Shown one piece after another: positions 1 to 7,651 of a stretch of 25,220 nucleotides of DNA. The translations under genes were made by a program, and so were the position numbers. The notes below the pieces were generated by a model that was not told the DNA's origin, searched no databases, and saw only the letters and a list, made by a program, of their open reading frames with translations. Position 1 is the first letter of the stretch, and the number at the start of each line of letters is the position of its first letter. Where the stretch lies: NCBI GenBank assembly GCA_963977445.1, contig CAXBPH010000084.1, positions 1 through 25,220 on the forward strand, written 5' to 3'. Source of the DNA: an uncultured bacterium (GTDB lineage Bacteria > Hydrogenedentota > Hydrogenedentia > Hydrogenedentales > JAEUWI01).

Positions 1-54
1 CTTAATACCCCGAGCAGCCCAAAAGATCCCGGCTTTGTGAAATATTCGGGCTAA
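1..54 (+). mobile_element. Probable right end of an IS1380-family element (transposase C-terminus plus terminal inverted repeat), partial
   Basis: Frame 1 is open from base 1 and reads LNTPSSPKDPGFVKYSG*. From recall, IS1380 transposases often end in VKYSG/VRNPG/MNNAG-type sequences encoded by the IR (here gtgaaatattcggg, 37-50), with the stop in the flank (ctaa, 51-54). Only 54 nt are visible. Confidence 0.45.
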
Positions 55-69
55 GTCGGTGCGCGGCGG

Positions 70-87
70 ACTTCGGACGTCCGAAGT
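70..87. promoter_or_regulatory. Perfect 18-bp palindrome ACTTCGGACGTCCGAAGT, candidate protein-binding site
   Basis: Exact dyad with no spacer, just upstream of the structured region. Function is inferred. Confidence 0.45.
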
Positions 88-92
88 TACGC

Positions 93-1191
93 GGCAAATC
101 CGCCCAGGGGGTTCGTGACTACGGGGCGCAAGCCCTATGTCCGTTCAACCTGCGCTGGCGTGGGGAGTACCCGTCCTGGTAACAGGCGGGTTCGGGTGCC
201 GGAAGGTACCCGGCGATCGGTGACAAAAAGCCGACGGCGAAGAGCTCAACCATGAGAGGGGCGAAAGCCCTTGCCAGTAAAATTCACGTGAGACGATGCC
301 GAACTGCGAAGGGCCGTGATCGGTGGGTAAGGGGGAGCTTCTTACTTCTACCCCCTGAAATCGTCATTCGCCTGTTGTGCGAAGACGCAAACTGCATCGG
401 GACGGGAGTCCCGGTGTACGGTCATCGGTTTTGAGGGATAACACCCTCTAGCGACGTGACGCGTGAATTGGAGGTCAACACTAATGCGGGAACCGCTGAG
501 GCGGCCGGGGTGGTGCTCGGTGCCTGGTCCATTCAACCAGGTGTTTCAAATGCCTCAGTGGGGGAGTGTGGTCTGAGTAGAAGTCGACGGTTTCGAGGGT
601 GCAGACGGCAAGGCAGTCGCATGCATCTTGGTGTGTCTACGGGTGGTGCCGGGACACATATGCCACGACGAAAGGACTGACGGGTTTTTACCCACTTGGA
701 TTTTGCCAGGGGGTGGCTGGGCGGTGTTCAGCCACCCCCTTTACCCTTGGCAGGGATACGGACGGCGTCATGGGGTCCATCGGGAGATGGTCCCTATGAC
801 GCGTGTGCATTGGCAACGCGCAGCAATGTGAGAAAGGAGGTTTCGAACAGAAGGTTTTGAGTGCGCTACCGGTATGAATTGGGCACGGGGTACTTATGGA
901 AGTAAGTGTGCCGTGCCGAGTGGTCGACCGATTTTGCAGAATTCGTGGATGTGTCGTTTAGCGTCTGCCATGAATTCGAGCATTGAATGGGTCGGGCATT
1001 GCTTTTTCCGCTAGATGTGGTAAAGAAACCGGCGAGGCGCTCGTTTCGCAGGCTCTTATTGACGGTGCGAAAGCCCATCACGAGGCTGCGTTACGGGCGC
1101 TTCTGCATCTTGGTCGTTTACAGCATGGCCTTGGTATGCGCGAAAGGGTTAGAACAACGGCTTTGCGGGATTGTGCCTTAAACAATCCCGC
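93..1191 (+). ncRNA. Putative very large structured non-coding RNA, possibly two modules (93-741 and 744-1191); family unassigned
   Basis: GNRA-capped hairpins at 124-135 (GCAA), 169-191 (GTAA), 193-212 (GGAA), 257-272 (GAAA), 394-417 (GGGA), 765-802 (GGGA), 882-917 (GGAA) and 1060-1080 (GAAA). Nested long-range helices at 93-101/698-707, 155-159/273-277, 281-289/461-469, 312-317/418-423, 493-503/551-561 and 924-934/985-995. Mismatches are mostly G-U on the + strand. No credible ORF. Confidence 0.7.
708..742 (+). terminator. Strong hairpin with short U tail; possible terminator or processing stem
   Basis: AGGGGGTGGCTG (708-719) pairs perfectly with CAGCCACCCCCT (729-740) and is followed by TT. 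It lies immediately after the 5'/3' closing helix. Confidence 0.4.
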
Positions 1192-1200
1192 CCCTTCATT
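1165..1200 (+). terminator. Perfect 10-bp hairpin ending the structured region; possible terminator or attenuator
   Basis: GCGGGATTGT (1165-1174) pairs with ACAATCCCGC (1182-1191) around a 7-nt loop. The pyrimidine tail (CCCTTCATT) is weak. Confidence 0.35.
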
Positions 1201-1225
1201 CGGGGGACTTTCCAGCGGGGGCTTT

Positions 1226-1909
1226 ATGATATACCGATGTGTTGCCACGAGCCTCGCGGGGTTCGTCCAACAGGTGGCCACGGCCTATCTTCCGCATGGC
1301 TACTGGTTCTACAGCCAGGGCTTCGTACCCATGGGGAAAAACCCGGAAGCGGTCGATACCAAGCTGATTACAAAGTACGGCGCGGCCCTGTCCAAATGGC
1401 AGCGGGCACGCCGGAAGCGTGCGGGTATGGCCAATATTCAATACCTGCGTTTTGAGCGTACCTTTTTGGTCATGGCGACCAAGGGCCTGCACCCGTTTTT
1501 CGAAGAAGAAGCGGCGGCCATCCGCGATACGCGCAAGGTGCCTATTCGGATTGGAGGTTACTCTATCAGTGTTCGAAAAGGACCCGATGGACGCCTCCAC
1601 AGCCACGTTCGCATTGACCGGGATCCCTACACCGAGTTGATGGCCCACTACCTGGCGCAGGTTGCCCGACAGTCTACTGCCCGGCTCGTGGACGAACTCT
1701 ACCGCCTGCCCTATGAACCCTATGCCCCGGTGCGCCGGCAATATCTGCTGTTGCTGCGGCGGCTCAACGAGATACGCAAGCAGAACGGTCGGCAAACCAT
1801 CCCCGTGGAAGCGCTGCCCCTGCGACGCCGGATCGTCAAACCTTTTGAAACGGACGCCAGCGAAACATCGCGGGCGCCCGGGGAGAACGTCATTCATCCT
1901 CCGGTTTGA
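1226..1909 (+). CDS. Hypothetical Arg/Lys-rich protein (227 aa), possibly nucleic-acid binding
   Basis: Protein-like sequence starts at ATG 1226 (MIYRCVATSLAGFVQQVATAYLPHGYWFY...PYEPYAPVRRQ). It resembles a family of hypothetical proteins I recall from PVC-group mobile elements (not verified). The in-frame extension from TTG 983 overlaps the RNA hairpins and is likely not coding. Confidence 0.7.
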   Translation: MIYRCVATSLAGFVQQVATAYLPHGYWFYSQGFVPMGKNPEAVDTKLITKYGAALSKWQRARRKRAGMANIQYLRFERTFLVMATKGLHPFFEEEAAAIRDTRKVPIRIGGYSISVRKGPDGRLHSHVRIDRDPYTELMAHYLAQVARQSTARLVDELYRLPYEPYAPVRRQYLLLLRRLNEIRKQNGRQTIPVEALPLRRRIVKPFETDASETSRAPGENVIHPPV

Positions 1910-2702
1910 GCGCCGTGATGATTTCTGACGCGGTCTTCCGTATGCCGTTCAGGGAGGCTTCAAGCAATTCGGTGTCTCCCTTGTAGAGCTGGATATAATC
2001 GCTGGATGCCGTGTTAGATTCGAGGCCAATGGCATTTGACACAATGTATGCAACGGCTTCGGCCTCGGTTTCGCGGATTGTTGGCGTACCAGTCAGGCCT
2101 TGATCGGTCCAGTGAAGCATTTCGTGGGCGAGCTCGTGAACCAAAACAGAGAATTCCGCAGCGGGACTCAGATCTGCTCGAATCCGGATCTTGCCTCCAG
2201 ACGAAGCGCCTTCGGCGGTACCCAGGTCGTCCGAGTATTCCAGCACGATACCCTTGGCCGCGACTAAGGTCTTCACATCCTCCGTGTAGTCCTTCGGATC
2301 GCCACTGGCTTCGGCAGGGTGGGGGAGAGGGTCCCCATCGGTTTGCGACAGGTCAAATACATGGGCCGCTCGGAATCGAATGCTGGGTTCGTCATCCTGC
2401 GATTTGGACTCACCCTTGTCGGTGTTTCGGTAGACTACGGGAGCAACGATGGTGATGCTCTGTTCGCTTTTCTTGACGTATCGACCGAGTTTCTTCCAGG
2501 CACGGAACCCGGCGACCTGTGAGGCCTCCGGGAATTGGGATACGATAAGCATGATATTCCGGAAGCTGTATCGGTGAAACTTCGCCATGGCTGTGATGTA
2601 GGCCGTGAGTTGTTCGCTTTTTCCGGCTTCGAGATTTTCCACGAGGGATTTAAGGCCCTGGTCTATGAGTTGTTTTACGTGATCCGTTTTTTCTGTATTC
2701 AT
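1890..2702 (-). CDS. ardC: ArdC-like anti-restriction protein (DUF1738 ssDNA-binding domain plus zincin-like metallopeptidase domain), 270 aa
   Basis: YSFRNIMLI...VAGFRAWKKLGRYVKK N-terminal motif; HELAH...ETEAE metal-binding motif. AAGGAGG RBS lies 5 nt upstream of ATG 2702. Confidence 0.85.
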   Translation of the reverse strand: MNTEKTDHVKQLIDQGLKSLVENLEAGKSEQLTAYITAMAKFHRYSFRNIMLIVSQFPEASQVAGFRAWKKLGRYVKKSEQSITIVAPVVYRNTDKGESKSQDDEPSIRFRAAHVFDLSQTDGDPLPHPAEASGDPKDYTEDVKTLVAAKGIVLEYSDDLGTAEGASSGGKIRIRADLSPAAEFSVLVHELAHEMLHWTDQGLTGTPTIRETEAEAVAYIVSNAIGLESNTASSDYIQLYKGDTELLEASLNGIRKTASEIITALKPEDE

Positions 2703-2704
2703 GT

Positions 2705-2857
2705 CCGCCTCCTTGGGGCTCAGGGTTGTTTTCTTCGCGGAGACGGCCATGCAAAGCGAGCCCGGCGGTCAAGGTGGAGGCGCAGCACTACCTGGACCGC
2801 CGAGGGGGAGCGAAGCTAGGAAACGCGCAAGAGAAAACAACTGGCCCAAGGAGGTGG
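2705..2857. promoter_or_regulatory. Long imperfect inverted repeat covering the ardC RBS; Frpo-like ssDNA promoter candidate
   Basis: Pairings at 2708-2717/2845-2854, 2725-2734/2832-2841 and 2763-2775/2790-2802. TTGACC -35-like hexamer on the minus strand at 2772-2767. Confidence 0.6.
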
Positions 2858-3013
2858 GGCGGGAATGGGAGTCACATCAACTTCGAAAAAAGGTGAATGC
2901 GGAGACGGCGGGGAAACGCAGGGGGCCGCATGCGGCGTACCACGTTAACGGGTCGCATCACGGTTAACAAACCCGCCGGAGACGTCAAAAAGTGGCAACG
3001 TGATGGTTGGTAT

Positions 3014-5113
3014 TCAACCCGGCTGTCGGAAGATATCCACCTTAGTCTCAAGACATCTGCGTAGGCTGAGGTCGCTCACGCCCACTTCAAACCAGCTTCC
3101 AGGTTTTTGATAGAAGTCCAGACCCCGGCCGATCTTGATGACCCAGCCATTGTCCAACCGGATTTCCCGGTCGTGTATGCTTGGATTGTGTTGGACGTCA
3201 AGCTCGACGTCCAATTCGATGAGGCTTTGCTTGAGATCGCCGAGCTTTTCCATGGCGTCTGCCTGCTGCAAACCATCGTCATAGCCCGTAATCAGCGTGA
3301 TCTTTCGTGCTGTGCCGTAATTCACGACTGTCTCACAAAAGCGCACGAAGTTCTGGATTTGATGCTGCAGGCGTATGTAGGGGTCTTCGATTGTGATCGC
3401 TTTCGCTCCCTGGAGGTACGGTCCAAGAATCGAGTCGTAGCTGTGGCCCGTATCACCATACTTGATTGTGAAGTGCTGTTCCGTCGGTTCGGTATCTCGA
3501 ATTTCCAAGACCGGGGGCGTTTCAGAGACAGCTGGAACAGGCTCCGGCACCACGGTGGTACTGGGCGGTGTCTCGGGGACGATAGCGGCGTCTGCCCCCG
3601 GGTTTGTCTCCACCAGGCGCAGGCCACGGCGTGCGGGCTCCTGGGTGGCGAGCGCATTCTTGGACTCCGGACAGAAGACAACCACTTCTTCCCCGCCGGC
3701 CTTGAAGTACGACAGGTTAATCAACGCAAACTCGTCGTCTGGCTTGCGCTTGTTCATCTGCTCCTTCACCCTGCGGCGGCACTCCGTTGCGTAGGCCACG
3801 TATTCTTCAAACTCTTCATCCGTAGGCGGTCCGGTGGGGTGGAGGATTTTCAGGAAGGCGCAAACGGTCTTCTTGATGCCCTTTTCGTCGCGCCCTTCAA
3901 TAGCTTTTCCCAATCGAATCCGCTTGCTGACTTCTTCGTAGCGATTGGTGTGCTTGAATTGGTAGTGGAAGGCCTCCGCAAGGTAATCCGTGATGAATCC
4001 ATAGCGATTCGTGAGAAATTCGCTGCTGTTTTTCGGCATTTCCCAGCCGGGTATGTAGGCGGCGAAGCGGTCCATGACCGCGAGATCCAGCTCGGGCGGC
4101 AACGGCTGAAACAGGTCATATTCCGTCGAATTCACGACTTGATGCACCGAAAGGTCAATATTTCCGACAAAGCTCAGACTGGCATCCGCTATAACCTCTA
4201 CCCCGCGAGAGAAACGGCCATTTGCCATGAAGTCCTTCATGATCTGGATCGTATCGGGGTCTCGTACCTTGATCCCGCCCACCTCGTCGAAGGCAACGGT
4301 ATCCCAATACCCCACCAGGCCGACCTTTTTGCGGTTGTTGTTGTAAAAGAGCGTGGCCTTCGTCGCCTGCCCGCCGGAAATCAGCGTGGCATAGGGGGAG
4401 AACTCGCTGAAGAAGTACGACTTGCCCGTGCCTCGGGGTCCAAGCTCGATGTAGTTGTAGTTTGGTTCCACGAGGGGCGCCAACCGCGCCATAAAATGCA
4501 TCTTGACGCGCTGGGTAAGTTTTGAGGGCTCCAGGCCTACGGAGCGCAAGATGGCATCCATCCACTCGTCTCGCGTGAATTCCTTTCGGCCCTCCATATA
4601 GCGATCGAAATCGAAGCGGGAAAGCTGAATGGGCCGCAGCTCCTCGATGTAGAATGCGTAGTCGTCTTCTTCGATGGCATTGTGCGATAACGTAACTTCT
4701 GCCCAGATACCGCCCTCCAGCAGCCGGTCGTTGTCGCGGTAGAACTTCTCGCCCACAGCGATGCGCTGGGAGTTGAAGTTTTCCAGTGCCGCCCAATGGC
4801 GCTTTTCCTTTTCCACGTAGCGCACGTGCACCTTGTCAATAAAACGGTGCTGCCCCCGCGTGGCCACGCGTGACTGCGCGGCATTCGCTTCGTCGGGTCG
4901 CACATAGTTCTCTTGCAGCGTCGAAAGGACCGCCTCCATTCCCGCGTCCATTTCCGCCTGGTCGCTGCTCGCGCAATACTTGGCCAGGAGGAATTCCAAC
5001 ACAAAAGTGGGCACGTTGGTGCCTTTCTTGATGCGGTGCAGCAAATCCTTCCGAAGCACTTTGCCGTCGTAGGTCGCGTTAAGTTTTTCGTCCAGTGCGT
5101 CCATCGCGCTCAC
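3014..5113 (-). CDS. brxL: BREX BrxL AAA+ protein with C-terminal MIT_C/PLD-like domain
   Basis: N-terminal NVPTFVLEFLL; Walker A GPRGTGKS; Walker B VAFDE; C-terminal IEDPYIR...HDREIRLDNGWVIKIGRGLD. Last gene of the operon, with an ATGA overlap with pglZ. Confidence 0.9.
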   Translation of the reverse strand: MSAMDALDEKLNATYDGKVLRKDLLHRIKKGTNVPTFVLEFLLAKYCASSDQAEMDAGMEAVLSTLQENYVRPDEANAAQSRVATRGQHRFIDKVHVRYVEKEKRHWAALENFNSQRIAVGEKFYRDNDRLLEGGIWAEVTLSHNAIEEDDYAFYIEELRPIQLSRFDFDRYMEGRKEFTRDEWMDAILRSVGLEPSKLTQRVKMHFMARLAPLVEPNYNYIELGPRGTGKSYFFSEFSPYATLISGGQATKATLFYNNNRKKVGLVGYWDTVAFDEVGGIKVRDPDTIQIMKDFMANGRFSRGVEVIADASLSFVGNIDLSVHQVVNSTEYDLFQPLPPELDLAVMDRFAAYIPGWEMPKNSSEFLTNRYGFITDYLAEAFHYQFKHTNRYEEVSKRIRLGKAIEGRDEKGIKKTVCAFLKILHPTGPPTDEEFEEYVAYATECRRRVKEQMNKRKPDDEFALINLSYFKAGGEEVVVFCPESKNALATQEPARRGLRLVETNPGADAAIVPETPPSTTVVPEPVPAVSETPPVLEIRDTEPTEQHFTIKYGDTGHSYDSILGPYLQGAKAITIEDPYIRLQHQIQNFVRFCETVVNYGTARKITLITGYDDGLQQADAMEKLGDLKQSLIELDVELDVQHNPSIHDREIRLDNGWVIKIGRGLDFYQKPGSWFEVGVSDLSLRRCLETKVDIFRQPG

Positions 5114-7638
5114 TCCGTGTAGTCCGTTTCAATAGCCAGCGCACAGTAAGCCGCCAGCGTAGTCGGGTTCAAGGCCTTGACGGTGAACTTGCCCCGGAAT
5201 TCTGCATCCATCCGCAACGCGATTTGTTTGCGCTCGCCGGGAGTCAGGGTAATGGTTCGGGTTGCGGGATTCACCTCGCCGCCGGGACGGGGCTCGCCGA
5301 CCACGTTGCCCTTGCTGTCCTGGGCCTCCAGCAGGATTTCCACGCTGACCTCCTGGGAGAAGAGATCGTCCGCCATCAGGCTGACCTCAAGCACGGGCAG
5401 CTGTGTGGTTATCCGTTTTGCACCATTCTTGTAGTTCAGTTCGACCAGCACCTTTCGTACGTCGTCCTGCTCCGCCACATCCAGCCGCGCGACCAATATA
5501 GGCACCACGGCCTCCGGAAGTGAGGCCCCACCGTGGAAATAGAGATGGCCGTCGCGATAGGGGGCCATGCTTCGGGGTAGTGCCACGTGAGCAAAGTCCC
5601 CGTGAATACCTACTTTTTCCGCACCCAACACCACGCTGTGGTTGTCGCTTGTGCCCGTTCCCAGCATCATGCGGTCGTGGGCATTCACCGGCCAATCGCC
5701 CTGGGGTTTCACGCACACATCGCCCGCTTCCGCCTGCGCATTGAGGAAGAAGCCGTGGTCTGTCACGATAACCGCTTCCTTAAAGCCCAGGCCCCGCAGT
5801 TTGTGTAGCGCCACCCGAATTTGCTTCAGCGTGCCGGGAATCAATCCCAATGTCGTCTCTGGATTGCTTTCCAATTGGCTGTCGATTTCCGTAGAACGGA
5901 GGACCAGGAGGTCCACCGTTTCCGGGATTTTCGGTTTGCCGCGCGCAAAATCACTGAGGAGCATCTCGTGGAAGCGGTCGCCGAGCCGTTTCCGGAACAC
6001 GTCCATGCGCTGCGTCACGTTACATACCGGTACACTACCCAATCGGGGCACGAGCGTGTCGTTTTCCCGCGTCAGTGTCAGCTGGGTGCGCGCACCCGGC
6101 AGCAAGCTCGCCATGCCTACTGGTGTGATGGTGGGTAACTGGGCGTAGGCCACCTGCAACTCCACCGGCCCATCCTCCGCCAACAATTTCTCCAAGGCCA
6201 CGCCCAACTCATAGCGCAGGGCGTCCACCATGAGGTAGGCCACTTTGGTGCCATTCTCCTTGAGCCGGTCCGCCACGAGTCGGTCAAAGGTGTCCGCATT
6301 GGCCATGCGCCCCGTTGGCGGCCAGCCCGCAGATTCCACGTGCTTCGTAAACACGCCCTGCACCCGTTCCGCCAGACGGCCATAGCGCGCCCGGGCCTGC
6401 TGAATGACTTCGTGCATCATGTCATGGGGATCGAGAAAATCGCCCACTGCCTGCTCAAACTCGCGCTGGAGCCGGTCGGCCTCGCGCAGACTGCCGAGGT
6501 AAAAATCGAGGAGGTCGCTTTGGCTCCGGGCATGGTCCGGCAGGAGACGCTCATAGTCCTCACAGGCCTCCACCAGGCTCAGGCCCGCACGGACCAGGGC
6601 CCATTGTGCCTGACTTTCGCCCTTCCCGAGCCACACCGAGTTTCCATGGCCACCCAATACCCGGCGCGTGGCATCGGTGTCATTGTTGGTGATGCCCCGG
6701 ATGGCCCGGCGGAGGAAGGTCCGTTCTTCAAAGGGGAAGGTGTCCCGTTCGCCCAGGTCCTCAATGCTGCCGCAGACCGCAACCAGCTCCATCTCACCCT
6801 CTATAGCCTCCGCCCGTTCAATATAGCCATTGCGTGACTTCGGGTCGTTGCGGAGACGTTCGCACACATCTTCTACAATGGGCTGGGCTTCCACCGGTGC
6901 CCGTGGCACGCCCTCCAGGGATTCGGGCAGTTTTCCGGGCAGGTCAAAGGCAAACTCACTGAACAATACGAAGCGCCACAGTTCATCGGCCAGCGCGTTC
7001 CAGGTCTTACCCCGTGTCTTCACGCCCATGCCCAGGGTCATCTTGAGGAAGTCCCGGGCCTCGGGCATCCAGCCTTCCTGCGCCTTCAACGCGTCCGTCT
7101 GGGTCGCCGTGGGGGAGAGGAGTGCCGCGAGAATTTCCCGGCCCGAGTCCACCTTCAGCGTCGCGCGCAATTGGGGCCAGTTCACGCCGCCGCCAATCGC
7201 ATCGATTACGGCAAAGGCCGGCCCACCGGGCGACGCGGCGAAGACCCGGCGGATATCCGTGGCATAATCCGGCCGTGCACGCAGGCACAGGCTGAGGTAC
7301 TCGTCACCGTCGTCCTTGGGGAACACCGCCCCACACTCGGCGTAGAGGGCGAAGGGATCGACCTGCTTGTCCGCCTCGCTTTCCGTCCGCCGTTTCGGCA
7401 CATAAATCAACACACCCTCTAATGTCCCCTTCGGTGCACCGACGACGCGCAGGGCCATCAGGGCTGCTTCCCGGCTCTCGATGCTGCTTTCGGAGGCGTC
7501 GATCACCGCCAGCTTCTCCGTGGCCAGTCCCAGGCTCAGCGCCCGGAAGCGTTGCTCGGGATCGTAGACCACCAGCACCCCGGCCTTCTTCAGGCGGGGC
7601 AGGAGAACTTCCTGGCTAATGAATTGTTCTATTGACAT
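5110..7638 (-). CDS. pglZ: BREX PglZ phosphatase-fold protein
   Basis: MVDALRYE, PTITPVGMA, VTDHGF and HGGASLPE motifs; 842 aa; operon context. Confidence 0.93.
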   Translation of the reverse strand: MSIEQFISQEVLLPRLKKAGVLVVYDPEQRFRALSLGLATEKLAVIDASESSIESREAALMALRVVGAPKGTLEGVLIYVPKRRTESEADKQVDPFALYAECGAVFPKDDGDEYLSLCLRARPDYATDIRRVFAASPGGPAFAVIDAIGGGVNWPQLRATLKVDSGREILAALLSPTATQTDALKAQEGWMPEARDFLKMTLGMGVKTRGKTWNALADELWRFVLFSEFAFDLPGKLPESLEGVPRAPVEAQPIVEDVCERLRNDPKSRNGYIERAEAIEGEMELVAVCGSIEDLGERDTFPFEERTFLRRAIRGITNNDTDATRRVLGGHGNSVWLGKGESQAQWALVRAGLSLVEACEDYERLLPDHARSQSDLLDFYLGSLREADRLQREFEQAVGDFLDPHDMMHEVIQQARARYGRLAERVQGVFTKHVESAGWPPTGRMANADTFDRLVADRLKENGTKVAYLMVDALRYELGVALEKLLAEDGPVELQVAYAQLPTITPVGMASLLPGARTQLTLTRENDTLVPRLGSVPVCNVTQRMDVFRKRLGDRFHEMLLSDFARGKPKIPETVDLLVLRSTEIDSQLESNPETTLGLIPGTLKQIRVALHKLRGLGFKEAVIVTDHGFFLNAQAEAGDVCVKPQGDWPVNAHDRMMLGTGTSDNHSVVLGAEKVGIHGDFAHVALPRSMAPYRDGHLYFHGGASLPEAVVPILVARLDVAEQDDVRKVLVELNYKNGAKRITTQLPVLEVSLMADDLFSQEVSVEILLEAQDSKGNVVGEPRPGGEVNPATRTITLTPGERKQIALRMDAEFRGKFTVKALNPTTLAAYCALAIETDYTE

Positions 7639-7651
7639 AATGCGTTACCCC

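Noticed and set aside
493..561. tRNA-like cloverleaf (TGG loop, TTCAAAT)
   Set aside because: Arm number, spacing and acceptor end do not fit a tRNA; treated as an RNA subdomain.
93..741. RNase P RNA, tmRNA, group I intron or rRNA fragment
   Set aside because: No GAGGAAAGUCC/ACAGAA..CGGCUUA, no tRNA-like TTCRA..CCA end, and no recognisable P7 or rRNA conserved motifs.
59..1191. Group II intron (GTGCG at 59-63)
   Set aside because: No domain V (AGC-triad hairpin), domain VI or RT ORF was found.
252..1225. Short ORFs in 252-1181 and the N-terminal extension 983-1225
   Set aside because: Overlapping, not protein-like, lacking good RBSs, and coincident with dense RNA helices.
3107..4525. Long + strand ORFs (also 10561-11694, 14002-15114, 23843-24799)
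   Set aside because: Antisense shadows of GC-rich genes that have clear motifs on the minus strand.
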